A stretch of 64,000 nucleotides of DNA, from positions 933 through 64,932 of the forward strand of contig DASXSU010000113.1 in assembly GCA_036505795.1 (NCBI GenBank). Reading direction: 5' to 3'. The notes below the pieces were generated by a model, which worked only from the letters and a program-made list of their open reading frames with translations, was not told where the DNA came from and made no database searches. Shown here one piece after another: positions 9,312 to 18,972 of the stretch. This DNA comes from Nitrospirales bacterium. Lineage in GTDB: Bacteria; Nitrospirota; Nitrospiria; Nitrospirales; NS-4. The stretch's first letter is position 1; each line of letters starts with the position of its first letter. The translations under genes were made by a program, and so were the position numbers.

Positions 9312-9542
9312 TTATACTTTCGTCGCCCCGTATTTCGACTTCGCCTGATAATCTGTATACCATTTATCGGCCCACTTGCTGACTTCCTCTTTTTGATCTC
9401 CGTACTTCTTCTGCACCGTGCCTACAAACTTGTCGTAATCGCCCTGAATCTGCATCAGGTCATCGTCGGTGAGCTTCCCCCACTGTTTTTTAAGCTCACC
9501 CTTAAACTCAGTCCATGCGCCCTTAAATTGATCCTTATTCAT
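9312..9542 (-). CDS. CsbD-family stress response protein
   Basis: MNKDQFKGAWTEFKGELKKQWGKLTDDDLMQIQGDYDKFVGTVQKKYG is the typical CsbD signature. AAGGAGG lies upstream of ATG 9542. Confidence 0.85.
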   Translation of the reverse strand: MNKDQFKGAWTEFKGELKKQWGKLTDDDLMQIQGDYDKFVGTVQKKYGDQKEEVSKWADKWYTDYQAKSKYGATKV

Positions 9543-9686
9543 TTGAACCTCCTTTAGAGTTCCGTTTGCAATCACGAAGACTTGCACGTTACAAATCTTT
9601 TGTAGCAAATTGTGACCGCGCGGACATTAGACAAATCCGAACTGGTCGGACGATAAATGTCCGACCCCGGTAGAGGGAGGAAGCCC

Positions 9687-9893
9687 ATGAAATCTTTCGT
9701 GATTGGAACGGTCGTGGGGTGCGTTCTCACCGCGGCAGTGAGCTTGGGCTTCGACAGTAAAATGTGGCGCTTCGGAGCGGAAACGGGGCCGAGCGAAAAG
9801 CTGGATCAGATCCAATACCAGCATCGGGCCATACTAGAACAGCAGGACCGTTTGGAGCGGTTGTTTCAGCAGATCTGCGTGAGGGCTTCCTAA
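9687..9893 (+). CDS. small single-TM protein
   Basis: ATG 9687 follows GGGAGGAAG. MKSFVIGTVVGCVLTAAVSLGF is TM-like and the C-terminus looks coiled-coil-like. Confidence 0.45.
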   Translation: MKSFVIGTVVGCVLTAAVSLGFDSKMWRFGAETGPSEKLDQIQYQHRAILEQQDRLERLFQQICVRAS

Positions 9894-9897
9894 GCTC

Positions 9898-10041
9898 TCA
9901 CTTGCAGGTACAGCCTCCGCCTTCGGCACAGCCCCGGCAACAATATTTTTGGCCGTCTTTGGCATTGGTATAGCCGTTCCCCGCGAAGGCCTTCCAGTCC
10001 TTTTTCGGCATTTTGCATTTCGGACAGCTCTCATCAGCCAT
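9898..10041 (-). CDS. 47-aa Cys-rich protein, bacterial metallothionein (SmtA/BmtA)-like candidate
   Basis: Absent from the ORF track because it is under 60 aa. Hand translation gives MADESCPKCKMPKKDWKAFAGNGYTNAKDGQKYCCRGCAEGGGCTCK. AAGGAGG lies 7 nt upstream of the ATG. There are 7 Cys, and the YCCRGCAEG core resembles YCSEACADG of SmtA. Confidence 0.55.
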   Translation of the reverse strand: MADESCPKCKMPKKDWKAFAGNGYTNAKDGQKYCCRGCAEGGGCTCK

Positions 10042-10126
10042 GGCGAAATCCTCCTTTGTCTCATTGTATCAAATATTCAGCTACAAAGTATGGCAAGCGT
10101 CCCCGCTCTGATTTCTTTACAATAGC

Positions 10127-11215
10127 TTGTCCGTCCTTCGCCCGGAGGCGCCAGTGCTGGCTCGCACCAATATCTGTAGCATCACGATCCTGGTCTCCCT
10201 CCTTGGGGCCTGCGCGGAGGTTCCCACCCGGCCTTCTTCCGCGCCGCAACCTGTCGACACTTTTGCTGACTTTGTCGTCAAATTGGATCGGCTCGACGCC
10301 GTCGCCATGGGATCAGCAGTCGCCGCAGCGGCCCTCTGCAAAACTAATGTACAAGCCACGTATGGATTTGAATTACATGACAAGAGCCAGTACGCGAGGC
10401 TATTCAAGGGGAAATACCTTGAACCGGCGGTCCAGCATTATGGGCTTCGCGATGGTGTATGGGTTCGATACTCGCATCCAACACTACCCGCCGGCCTCGC
10501 CGGTCTCCGCGCCCGTGCCCGGATCATTAGCCTGGACGGCGAACCGCTTGACAACAAGACAGCAGACGATGCGAATGAGATCCTGTGGCGCTTCGAACGG
10601 CGCCGCGAAGGTCCTCTCCATGTTGTCTTCGCAGACGCGGAAGCCAGAGTACGAGAGCTAGATCTGTACTCGGTACCGGCCTGCAAGTATCCCGTGGTTC
10701 TGGTCCCGAGTAATGTGGTGTACGCCTACACGGATGGCACGAAAATCGTGATCACCACCGGCATGCTCGACTTTACGGCGAGCGACGCCGAACTTGCGTT
10801 GGTGATTGGCCATGAGATCGCGCATAACGCGCTAGGATACGTCGATGACATGCTTCTTCGCAATATTCTCAATTCGATTTTCACCGCACATGCCGGACAG
10901 CAGCCCGCAGTGGCCACGACGAGTGCGGAGGCCTCATTCTCTAAGGAAGCCGAAAGTCAAGCTGACTATGTAGGACTCTACATTGCCGCGCGCGCTGGAT
11001 ATGACATCAGCGGCATTGGCCAATTGTGGGGTCGGTTTGCCCGGTATCAAACCCCGGTTAACGCGCCCGCGTTTGCCGTCACCCACCCTCACCCGAGCAA
11101 CCCCGAGCGGCTTGAGGCGTTCCGAAGCACCCTACGGGAAATCCGCAAGAAGCAAGAGCGCGACGAACCTCTCCTGCCGGAGGCCCTTCCGATTCGCCCC
11201 ATCGCTCAGCCATAG
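10127..11215 (+). CDS. M48-family zinc metallopeptidase lipoprotein
   Basis: Lipobox LLGAC and HEXXH motif (VIGHEIAHNALGY). The C-terminal HPHPSNPERL is typical of M48 peptidases. Confidence 0.7.
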   Translation: MSVLRPEAPVLARTNICSITILVSLLGACAEVPTRPSSAPQPVDTFADFVVKLDRLDAVAMGSAVAAAALCKTNVQATYGFELHDKSQYARLFKGKYLEPAVQHYGLRDGVWVRYSHPTLPAGLAGLRARARIISLDGEPLDNKTADDANEILWRFERRREGPLHVVFADAEARVRELDLYSVPACKYPVVLVPSNVVYAYTDGTKIVITTGMLDFTASDAELALVIGHEIAHNALGYVDDMLLRNILNSIFTAHAGQQPAVATTSAEASFSKEAESQADYVGLYIAARAGYDISGIGQLWGRFARYQTPVNAPAFAVTHPHPSNPERLEAFRSTLREIRKKQERDEPLLPEALPIRPIAQP

Positions 11216-11436
11216 ATCCGTATCCACTCCTGGCCTTTCTTCCGATATTTTTCTCGGACCACCCCCCACGCCTCCCGGTGCGCGATGTCTTCCACCGTCG
11301 CCCCAATCCGCTGATCACGGGCGTGGGCTGAGCGGCTCCAGGCCTGGTTGTAGGCTGCCAAGTAAACCTCCATTGCATCTTTAGGAAGATTCTTCTTCAT
11401 CGCAGTCGGTAATTCTTCAATATGATTGTACGGCAT
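11206..11436 (-). CDS. chaB: ChaB-family protein
   Basis: MPYNHIEELPTAMKKNLPKDAMEVYLAAYNQAW...IAHREAWGVV parallels E. coli ChaB (MPYKTKSDLP...). GGGAG lies 6 nt upstream of ATG 11436. Confidence 0.75.
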   Translation of the reverse strand: MPYNHIEELPTAMKKNLPKDAMEVYLAAYNQAWSRSAHARDQRIGATVEDIAHREAWGVVREKYRKKGQEWIRIYG

Positions 11437-11730
11437 CGACATCTCCCGGGTTAAGAATGAGCCATGCTGCGACGGCAGTATCACGGTCTGCTCCGACTCA
11501 AACAATAGACAAATGGCGTTGGAGTAGAAACAAAATGTCGAGTCGCTTGGTAGTCCTAATTGATTCCTCGATGACTCGTTCATTCATGACGCTTGGATAT
11601 TTTGAAGATACTCTCAAAGGATTTGTCTAATGTCTTAGCCCTCACCGTTTGCTATGCATGTGACTATCGCAAGCCGTGCGCATGTCATACCCTACACCCT
11701 GAACATTCATCCAACCAAGGAGGCACCCCA

Positions 11731-12543
11731 ATGAGAACAGTGTTAGGACTTGCGGCGATCGCCGCGGTGATGGGCATCAGTACCCAAGGTTACGCACTCG
11801 ATCAGTATTCCGATTTGGACCAACAGCGCCTCAGCGAGCAGCAGCGATACAACGAGCAGCAACGTCTTCTGGACAGCCAACGCAACATTCCGAGTGAGGC
11901 GACCGGCGGTTGGATCGTCGAAGGAGATGTGACTCGAGTCGATGCTGACTCCTACATCATTCGGGACACCACCGGGCGCGAGCTCCGGGCGTATTTTGAG
12001 CCGACGACAGCGCGTGAGAATATCAAAGTCGGCGATCACGTCATCGTCCGGTTCGATCGGCCCTCGGCCCCGTACGCCTCGAGCATCATCCGCCGCCCCG
12101 CCGAGATGAGCGCGGCGCCGACGGGCGCCTTGCCTCGTCCGCAAACAATTGAAGGCGAAGTACTGCGCCAGGAGGCTGACAACTATGTCATCCGGGATCT
12201 CGCGGGTAAAGAGATCCGCCTCCATGTCGACAAGACCACGAAGCTCGATGGAAACTTGACGCCGGGAGACAAAGTGGTGGCACGGGTGGTCTCACCTCCC
12301 TCAAATACCCCACCGTACGCGCGAACCATGTATAAGTTGAATAGTGCGCAGGCCCTTGAGGGACAAGTCATCGGCATCGAAGGTAACACCTACATCGTGC
12401 GGGATCTTAATGGCGCGGAACAGCGCGTCTATGCCGACAGTGCCACCGCCGGCGGCGGACCCGTCATGATCGGCGATCGTGTAGTCGTTGTCCGGGGAAG
12501 TAACGCTCCCATGGCGCATGCGGAAGCCATTTCGAAGCGCTAG
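11731..12543 (+). CDS. secreted protein with three tandem repeats of about 65 aa
   Basis: AAGGAGG precedes ATG 11731 and the signal peptide is MRTVLGLAAIAAVMGISTQGYA. Three repeats share the pattern EG.V.....Y.IRD..G.E.R...D..T......GD.V. Confidence 0.7.
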   Translation: MRTVLGLAAIAAVMGISTQGYALDQYSDLDQQRLSEQQRYNEQQRLLDSQRNIPSEATGGWIVEGDVTRVDADSYIIRDTTGRELRAYFEPTTARENIKVGDHVIVRFDRPSAPYASSIIRRPAEMSAAPTGALPRPQTIEGEVLRQEADNYVIRDLAGKEIRLHVDKTTKLDGNLTPGDKVVARVVSPPSNTPPYARTMYKLNSAQALEGQVIGIEGNTYIVRDLNGAEQRVYADSATAGGGPVMIGDRVVVVRGSNAPMAHAEAISKR

Positions 12544-12580
12544 CGACCACGACGCTGCTTCAGAAGACTAACGCATTCTC

Positions 12581-12616
12581 GAGAGCGGGAGGACACACGT
12601 CCTCTCGCTCTTTTGT
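12581..12616 (+). terminator. Rho-independent terminator
   Basis: GAGAGCGGGAGGAC-acac-GTCCTCTCGCTC followed by TTTTG, 38 nt after the stop at 12543. Confidence 0.55.
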
Positions 12617-12725
12617 TGACCGGGCCTGGACTTACCTGCCACTCTTCTCCGCTTACTTCTTGAGCAGTGCTACACAAGGGAGTACGTTGTCGTATGGCAG
12701 GCGTAATCTACCGACAGATCGTCTT

Positions 12726-13346
12726 ATGACGGGTCGCTGGTCTCTCGTTCTCGGCTGCGTTCTCTCCACCCTGATGGCGGCTTGCGTATTCACGGACCAG
12801 ACGGTAAAGCTGCCGGAAGGTGAGATTGTGCATGAACAGCCGGCGAAACCTGGCAAAGGCACCCTGATCGTGCCACCGGTGGCAGACGAACGGGAGCTCA
12901 CGGATCACATCGGCGTTAAAAAGACCGCCTTCGGTATCCCCACAGGGAAGGTCTATCCGGATCGCAACGTCCCCGCCTGGCTACGTGAAAGCGTGAAAGC
13001 CGAACTGCAGGCCGCCGGCTTCAATATTGCACGAAAGAACGAAACCGGATCGGCACCGACTATTGAACTTATCCTTCTCAAATTCTTTGTCGAACCGGTC
13101 ATGGGCTGGGGGACTGAGACTTTTGAAACCGACCTCGCCGTACGTTTGAGGGTGACGTCGGCCGCGGGAAAAAGCACCGAGCGTGATTATCTCACCCGAG
13201 GGGTTGCGGCAGGAAGAGAGCCGAGCGAAAAGAACTATACGCCTTCATTGGAGCAGGCGACGGCCGAGCTGATAAAGCGCCTGATTCCGGACATCATTGC
13301 TCTGACCGGTCCACCCGTGAACCCCGCCACGCAGGCTCTACCCTGA
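12726..13346 (+). CDS. lipoprotein, unknown function
   Basis: MTGRWSLVLGCVLSTLMAAC has a lipobox. No strong SD. Confidence 0.55.
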   Translation: MTGRWSLVLGCVLSTLMAACVFTDQTVKLPEGEIVHEQPAKPGKGTLIVPPVADERELTDHIGVKKTAFGIPTGKVYPDRNVPAWLRESVKAELQAAGFNIARKNETGSAPTIELILLKFFVEPVMGWGTETFETDLAVRLRVTSAAGKSTERDYLTRGVAAGREPSEKNYTPSLEQATAELIKRLIPDIIALTGPPVNPATQALP

Positions 13347-13417
13347 GATTCATGCGAAGGTCTCTGCATCCGGGATCTCTGCGGAATTAAGAGGTGCGGA
13401 TGATGAGCAGATTGAAA

Positions 13418-14290
13418 TCAGGACAGCGACGGACTGGGGCTCTGCATGACAGCAGTGACCTCTTTGAGCGAGGAGACTAGCGAATTTAACTCAGCGCCCT
13501 TCTTCACTAGAACTTCCGTCGTTGAACGCAATTCATCTTGGAGGCGGTCGCGTTCCTTGCCCATGTCTGAGAGCTTGCCCAATAGGATTTGGGAACTCGT
13601 CAATGCGTCCTGCATGTCCTCACAGGCGGATTGCGCTTTCGTCGTTTCGCCCGGCAACGCTTCAAGTTCCTTCATCATCCGCTCGAGTTGTCCCTCGAGT
13701 TTTGTGACTTCCGCTTCGGCTACTGAGCGCTTGTCATCACTCATCCGCCAACGGGTGTGAAGATTTTGAATCCCGCGGATCCAGCTCATGGCGTCACCGG
13801 GATCGATCAGAGGCGCGTCCGGCAGAGGCTGTCCATGCTCGAGGGCCCCGATGGCGTCCTGGAGCCAATCGAGAAAAATCGTAATATGATGAAGATTGAC
13901 ACTCAGGCGGGACGTCTTTGGCTCCGCCGGCTTGATCGGTTCGGCCGTCAGGGTGGCTTCCGCGGCCCGGCTCTCGCGCCCGCCGCCGTTGGGACGTTGA
14001 TAACCGAGAAGCACGGCCACGCAGTGCCGACAAAAAGGTTGCTCGTTGGAGGTGCAGGAACATTTGGTCAGCAGGCTTCCGCCTTTAAGTTGGATCGTTT
14101 GTTCATAGAGTCCGAACGGACCGGTCACTTCCGAAAGGATCTGATCTTCATCGGCCTCAAGAATCTGAACGCAGTTCGCGGACTGGTATTCTTTCCCAAG
14201 TTGAAATACTTGGGCACCGACGACAGACTGGATCATCTCAGGCTCGATTTGGCTCAATTTCTTGGCGGTACACGGAAGCTTATTGCGCAT
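13418..14290 (-). CDS. SWIM zinc-finger protein with C-terminal coiled coil
   Basis: CSCTSNEQPFCRHCVAV fits the SWIM pattern CxCx(n)CxH. The C-terminal 120 aa are heptad-like. AAGGA lies 7 nt upstream of ATG 14290. Confidence 0.65.
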   Translation of the reverse strand: MRNKLPCTAKKLSQIEPEMIQSVVGAQVFQLGKEYQSANCVQILEADEDQILSEVTGPFGLYEQTIQLKGGSLLTKCSCTSNEQPFCRHCVAVLLGYQRPNGGGRESRAAEATLTAEPIKPAEPKTSRLSVNLHHITIFLDWLQDAIGALEHGQPLPDAPLIDPGDAMSWIRGIQNLHTRWRMSDDKRSVAEAEVTKLEGQLERMMKELEALPGETTKAQSACEDMQDALTSSQILLGKLSDMGKERDRLQDELRSTTEVLVKKGAELNSLVSSLKEVTAVMQSPSPSLS

Positions 14291-14458
14291 GGCCACATCC
14301 TTTTTTTGAATTGGCTGGCATCGTATCTCACCCGGTCCTCACCTGTGCACCCCTACAAAAGGATAGGCTTGCCACACAAGGGCTGAGTGTTAAGGTATAC
14401 CCCTGATCCTCAAGTACCGTAGGTGCTGAGGATGGTTTACTGTGTTCAGGGAAGGATC

Positions 14459-15109
14459 ATGAAGGAAAGTTCGGCCGCGAAATGGGAACCTCTGGACAGC
14501 ATTGCCGATAAACGAGCAGGCCCGGGCCTTCTCATGCTGACCGCATCCATGCAGACGCTGTATCGGGATCGTCGGTTCTCGGAACTGTGCAGTCTCCTCA
14601 ATCGGTATTACAACGGGAGAGCGGCGAGAGGTGTACTGCCTCCCGCCGTCGCCGACGTCTGCGCCGAGATTAGGCAGGCCCTCGAAAAACGCGCCGCAGC
14701 GCCGGGCTGGGAGGATATCCGGATCAAACGTATGATCGGAGATCCCGCCAGCCCTGTCTTCCTGTACGGATTAGGCGTCCCGGATCTCAATGGGTTTGAA
14801 CACTCTCGAATCCTTCTCATCCTGGAGGAGGTCGGGCAACGTGTAAATAGCGTCACTGCGCACGCAAAAGAGTTGTATCGCCTCACCGATCGCGAAGTCT
14901 CTGTCATCAAAAATCTTTTGAAGGGATGGACGAACAAGCAAATTGCCAATGAGCTCGGAGTCACGGAGCAGACGGTAAAAGAGCACATCAAACACATCAT
15001 GGAGAAGACAAAGACCACGACGCGGACCGGCGTGTTGGTACAGATCGCACGTCTGGAGCTCGAGCAGGCAAACAGCGTTTTGATCTCCGACGGTCCCCCT
15101 TCGCGCTAG
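14459..15109 (+). CDS. LuxR-family HTH transcriptional regulator
   Basis: C-terminal REVSVIKNLLKGWTNKQIANELGVTEQTVKEHIKHIMEKT is a LuxR/GerE-type HTH. The N-terminal domain is not recognised. Confidence 0.7.
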   Translation: MKESSAAKWEPLDSIADKRAGPGLLMLTASMQTLYRDRRFSELCSLLNRYYNGRAARGVLPPAVADVCAEIRQALEKRAAAPGWEDIRIKRMIGDPASPVFLYGLGVPDLNGFEHSRILLILEEVGQRVNSVTAHAKELYRLTDREVSVIKNLLKGWTNKQIANELGVTEQTVKEHIKHIMEKTKTTTRTGVLVQIARLELEQANSVLISDGPPSR

Positions 15110-15178
15110 ACTCACCACACCGTCGTCCCCGCTGTCACTCTCCCCTCCTCGCACCAGTATTGGCGATGGCTCGCATGA

Positions 15179-15208
15179 TTCAAGGGGCGCTAGAGAATAT
15201 GGTATACT
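15179..15208 (+). promoter_or_regulatory. candidate sigma-70 promoter with extended -10
   Basis: TTCAAG-18 nt-TGgTATACT, about 40 nt upstream of ATG 15249. Confidence 0.35.
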
Positions 15209-15248
15209 CGCGCGCTTTTGTAGCGAAGGTCATAGGGACTTTCCGGCA

Positions 15249-15923
15249 ATGCTGAAAGCGATTCTCTTCGATTTTGACGGCGTCCTGGTGGACACGGAGC
15301 CGCTGCATTTCCAGGCGTTTCAGAAGGTCCTCGCCTCGGAAGGTATTCCTTTGAGCGAGACGGACTACTACGCAAAGTATGTAGGTTTTGACGATAAGGG
15401 GTGTTTTCAAGCCGTCTTCACAGAGAATGGGCGTACCGTGACGCCGGAAACGATACGAGGCCTGGTCGATCGAAAGGCTGCACTGTTTTTGGAGCAACTC
15501 AAGACAAATCTGGTGGTGTATCCGGGGATCACGGACTTCGTCACGATGACTGCACAACGATATCGCCTTGCCGTCGTGTCGGGAGCGCTGAGGCATGAAA
15601 TCGAATATAGTTTGGAAGTTGCCGGCATCCGACGGCAATTCGAGCAGATCACAGCCGCCCAAGATGTCCGAAACGGCAAGCCGGACCCCGAGGGATATCT
15701 GCATGCGCTGCGGCACTTGAATCGACACGCACCGTTGACGGCGCCCGAATGTCTCGTCATTGAGGACACCGTGCCCGGCATCCGAGCCGCCCATGAGGCC
15801 GGAATGCGATGCCTGGCGGTTGCAAACACATTTACCCCACACGAGTTGTCACTCGCAGACGCGGTGACGTCCACGCTGGAGAACTATGACCTTGTCTCGC
15901 TCGTGCAGCGATTCTGGAACTGA
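15249..15923 (+). CDS. HAD-IA family hydrolase (beta-phosphoglucomutase-like)
   Basis: Carries the ILFDFDGVLVDTE motif I, VVSGA motif II and the GKPDPE / IEDT motifs. Confidence 0.85.
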   Translation: MLKAILFDFDGVLVDTEPLHFQAFQKVLASEGIPLSETDYYAKYVGFDDKGCFQAVFTENGRTVTPETIRGLVDRKAALFLEQLKTNLVVYPGITDFVTMTAQRYRLAVVSGALRHEIEYSLEVAGIRRQFEQITAAQDVRNGKPDPEGYLHALRHLNRHAPLTAPECLVIEDTVPGIRAAHEAGMRCLAVANTFTPHELSLADAVTSTLENYDLVSLVQRFWN

Positions 15924-15972
15924 GCGTCATGAGGATTTGCGCGCTTCTTCGCACTCCCCCCGTCCGCCGGAT

Positions 15973-16851
15973 ATGATGACGGCGCAAGAGGGGCAGCGGT
16001 ACTGCACCGCCCTCACCAAAGGCAGCGGGAGTAACTTTTACTATTCGTTTCTGTTTCTTCCGAAGAAACGTCGTGAGGCCATGTACGCGGTGTATGCGTT
16101 TTGCCGGGAAGTCGACAGCATGGTCGATGAGCCGGTGGCTGGATCCGATCCTCGAGAGGGTCTCGCCTCCCGCCGCGCGGAGCTTGCGGCCATCTACCGT
16201 CCCAGTTCCTCGCCATCCGAGGACTTCACGTCGCCTAGCATGGCGTGCCTGGCGGAGCATATCCGGTCGTTCGAGATTCCGCAGGCCTACTTCGACGAGA
16301 TCATCGCCGGAGTGGAGATGGATCTCTCCGTTCACCGCTACCAGACTTTCAAAGAGCTCTCGGTCTATTGCCACCGGGTCGCTTCGGCGGTCGGGCTCAT
16401 CTGCCTGAAGATCTTCGGAGCGCTGAGACCCGAATCAGAAGCCTACGCGGTCAACCTGGGCATCGCGTTTCAGTTAACCAACATCCTGCGCGACGTGAAG
16501 ACAGACGCCGCAAGGGGCAGGATTTACCTCCCGCAAGAAGACCTCAAGCGCTTCCGGGTTTCCGAGCAGGAGATCTTGGATAAGGTATACAGCTCACGCT
16601 TCAGAGAACTTATGGCGTTCGAGTGTCGCCGGGCGCGCGACTATTACCGTCGGGCGGAAGCTAGCCTGGCCCCTACGGAGCGGCCCAGGCTTCTGCCCGC
16701 TGAAATCATGCGGGCGGTCTACCAGGTCATCCTCACGCGAATCGAACTCGCGCAATATCAGGTGTTTGGCGAACGTATCAGTCTGCCGGCATGGCGTCGT
16801 ATGGCGATCGCGTTGAAAGTATGGTGGGCGGGCCGGGTGAAGACGAAATGA
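15973..16851 (+). CDS. squalene/phytoene synthase family protein (HpnD-like)
   Basis: SNFYYSFLFLPKKRREAMYAVYAFCREVDSMVDE and LTNILRDVKTDAARGRIYLPQEDL are the two Asp-rich regions of the family. Confidence 0.8.
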   Translation: MMTAQEGQRYCTALTKGSGSNFYYSFLFLPKKRREAMYAVYAFCREVDSMVDEPVAGSDPREGLASRRAELAAIYRPSSSPSEDFTSPSMACLAEHIRSFEIPQAYFDEIIAGVEMDLSVHRYQTFKELSVYCHRVASAVGLICLKIFGALRPESEAYAVNLGIAFQLTNILRDVKTDAARGRIYLPQEDLKRFRVSEQEILDKVYSSRFRELMAFECRRARDYYRRAEASLAPTERPRLLPAEIMRAVYQVILTRIELAQYQVFGERISLPAWRRMAIALKVWWAGRVKTK

Positions 16852-16921
16852 GCCCTGCGAATTAAAAAGGGCAGGGGCCTTGTGACGACCCCCGCCCTCA
16901 AGTGGCAGTGTGTCCAGTTAC

Positions 16922-17365
16922 TTATTCCTTGCCGTTGAAGGTCCGCTCATAGGTAATCACGTACCACGCTTCCTCTTCCGTGATTGCCGTGCCGATCAAC
17001 GGCACCATACCGGTACCAGCGCTTCCGTTCTTAATGACCCAGAACATCTCCCCATCGCTCCGGAGCTTATGGAATTTCGGGTTGGTGAAATTCCGCGGCG
17101 ACGGGTTCAGGATCTGCCCGGCCGGGCCGTCTCCTTTGCCGCTCACGCCGTGGCAGTTAAAACAGGTCCCCTTCCCTTCAAAAATTGCTTTCCCTTTCGC
17201 AATGTTCTCGGGCGTCTTCGCCACGGGGTTTTTCATCGCCTTGGCGGCAGCCCGTTGATCGTTGGGAACCCGCGAAACGGTAATATCCTTCTCCTCCGCA
17301 TAAGACGCGGTTCCGACGAAGGCGCAGACAGAAAATGCCAGTACCCCTAACCTAAAATAACCCAT
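16922..17365 (-). CDS. class I c-type cytochrome, secreted
   Basis: Signal peptide present, single CFNCH haem motif and a distal Met region (GTGMVP). Strong SD AAAGGAGGGGG. Confidence 0.85.
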   Translation of the reverse strand: MGYFRLGVLAFSVCAFVGTASYAEEKDITVSRVPNDQRAAAKAMKNPVAKTPENIAKGKAIFEGKGTCFNCHGVSGKGDGPAGQILNPSPRNFTNPKFHKLRSDGEMFWVIKNGSAGTGMVPLIGTAITEEEAWYVITYERTFNGKE

Positions 17366-17682
17366 TACCGCCCCCTCCTTTGTTATGAAAAATTCACCAC
17401 CCTACTGCTTAAGACCCGGGAAAAACATGCCGATAAAGCCCTACGCCATAGTAGCGCCCCCAGCTATATAACGTGCAGCCTATGGAGTGTCAAGAGTGCA
17501 GGGCATATGCCAAAGTATAAGAGCTTGAGAACGTGGACAAGTTACCGAGGAAAGCCCCAATTCTGACTCGGTTTTGCCCGACCTCAGGCGGCCACATCCG
17601 CAGACAAGGCATCTTACGCGGGGGTCCTTCCCTTGCTTTCAGGAGGGGGATGCTTTACAGTAGGCCGTTAAACGGAGGAATT

Positions 17683-18927
17683 ATGCGCCTCGACCTGATC
17701 GCTTTGGCAGTAGTGGTAGGACTCGCAGGAATTGCGGCTCCCAGCCACGCCTCCTCTGCGGGCTATCAACTCGAGGCATCCGTGATCTCCTCCTATTCCA
17801 TTGAATCATTTAAGAAACTTCAGGATGATGGCCTCGTTACTGCCATAGAGCATGTCGACCTAGGCACCCCTCAAGGCTCATCTTTTCGATCCCTGGATTT
17901 CGATGCCCCCCCACAGACGCTCCTAGCCGACCCCCTGGCTCCTGCCCTGGAGGATGCCATGGGAAACATAGACTTCAGCATGCCTCCGGTGAGGACGGCG
18001 AAAGTCGATCGTCATGTGCAATTTTTCAGTTATCAGATTCGCGACCGTTTTGAGCAGTGGTTGACCCGCCTGGAGCGTTACCGTCCCAGAGTGCACAGCA
18101 TCTTTTCGGAATTTAAGCTGCCGGACGATCTGATTTTCCTGTCGCTGGTGGAGAGTGGGTTCAATACAAACGCCGTCTCCCGGGCAAAAGCGGTCGGCCC
18201 GTGGCAATTCATGAAGCCTACCGCGAAGTCTTATGGACTGCGCGTAGATAATTGGGTAGATGAGCGCCGGGACCCGGACAAATCCACCATGGCAGCCGCT
18301 CAATATCTGCGAGATCTCTATCAGCTCTTCGGTTCATGGCCGTTGGCAATGGCCGCTTACAATGCCGGAGAAGGCAAGGTGGGCCGGTCGATGGCCCGTC
18401 TCAAAGCCAAAGACGGCGACTTCTGGGACTTGCTCGATACGAAGCTCTTGAGGGCCGAAACCAAAGAATATGTCCCGCGGTTTGTGGCTGCTGCCCAAAT
18501 CGCGAAAGATCCCAGTCGCTTTGGATTCAACATCCTCCCGCAGGCCCCCGTGGAGTTCGACGAGGTGGCCGTCACCCGCCAGGTCCATTTGAAGGCGGTG
18601 GCCAAAGCCGCAGGCGTCACCCTTGAAGACATAAAAAATCTGAACCCGGAACTCCGACGCGAGATGACTCCACCTGATCCTGTCTATATCCTCAAAGTCC
18701 CCCTGGGTACCAAGACGACCATGATGGCAAACCTTCCGGCCTATCAAAGCTTGTACCCGGCCATTTTTCATGAGCCCAAACGGGCACTGCTTCAAGCACG
18801 GGGAAAACACAAGATCGGGGTGGCGCGGCTCGCGCCACATGCTCGCCACCGTAAGCCGGCCAATTTGGCGCTCAAAAGCAAAGCTGACGTCGCCTCGCCC
18901 CAAATCCTCGCTCAGGCATCCCGCTAG
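17683..18927 (+). CDS. lytic transglycosylase (SLT domain, MltD-like)
   Basis: GGAGG precedes ATG 17683 and a signal peptide is present. SLT motifs LSLVESGFN, AVGPWQFM and AAYNAGEG are present. Confidence 0.8.
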   Translation: MRLDLIALAVVVGLAGIAAPSHASSAGYQLEASVISSYSIESFKKLQDDGLVTAIEHVDLGTPQGSSFRSLDFDAPPQTLLADPLAPALEDAMGNIDFSMPPVRTAKVDRHVQFFSYQIRDRFEQWLTRLERYRPRVHSIFSEFKLPDDLIFLSLVESGFNTNAVSRAKAVGPWQFMKPTAKSYGLRVDNWVDERRDPDKSTMAAAQYLRDLYQLFGSWPLAMAAYNAGEGKVGRSMARLKAKDGDFWDLLDTKLLRAETKEYVPRFVAAAQIAKDPSRFGFNILPQAPVEFDEVAVTRQVHLKAVAKAAGVTLEDIKNLNPELRREMTPPDPVYILKVPLGTKTTMMANLPAYQSLYPAIFHEPKRALLQARGKHKIGVARLAPHARHRKPANLALKSKADVASPQILAQASR

Positions 18928-18972
18928 CATTTTCGCACTGATCTAAAGTCCGTCCCTGCAGGGAAAATCCGG

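Noticed and set aside
8779-9348. 189-aa ORF overlapping the membrane-protein frame and csbD
   Set aside because: Its product is Arg/Gly-rich, whereas the alternative frame gives four clean hydrophobic helices. Its 3' end also runs antisense into csbD.
11080-11115. Similarity of cacccaccctcacccgagcaaccccgag to the G-rich repeat family (reverse orientation)
   Set aside because: It lies inside the M48 peptidase gene and encodes the family-typical HPHPSNPERL segment. The resemblance is probably a compositional coincidence.
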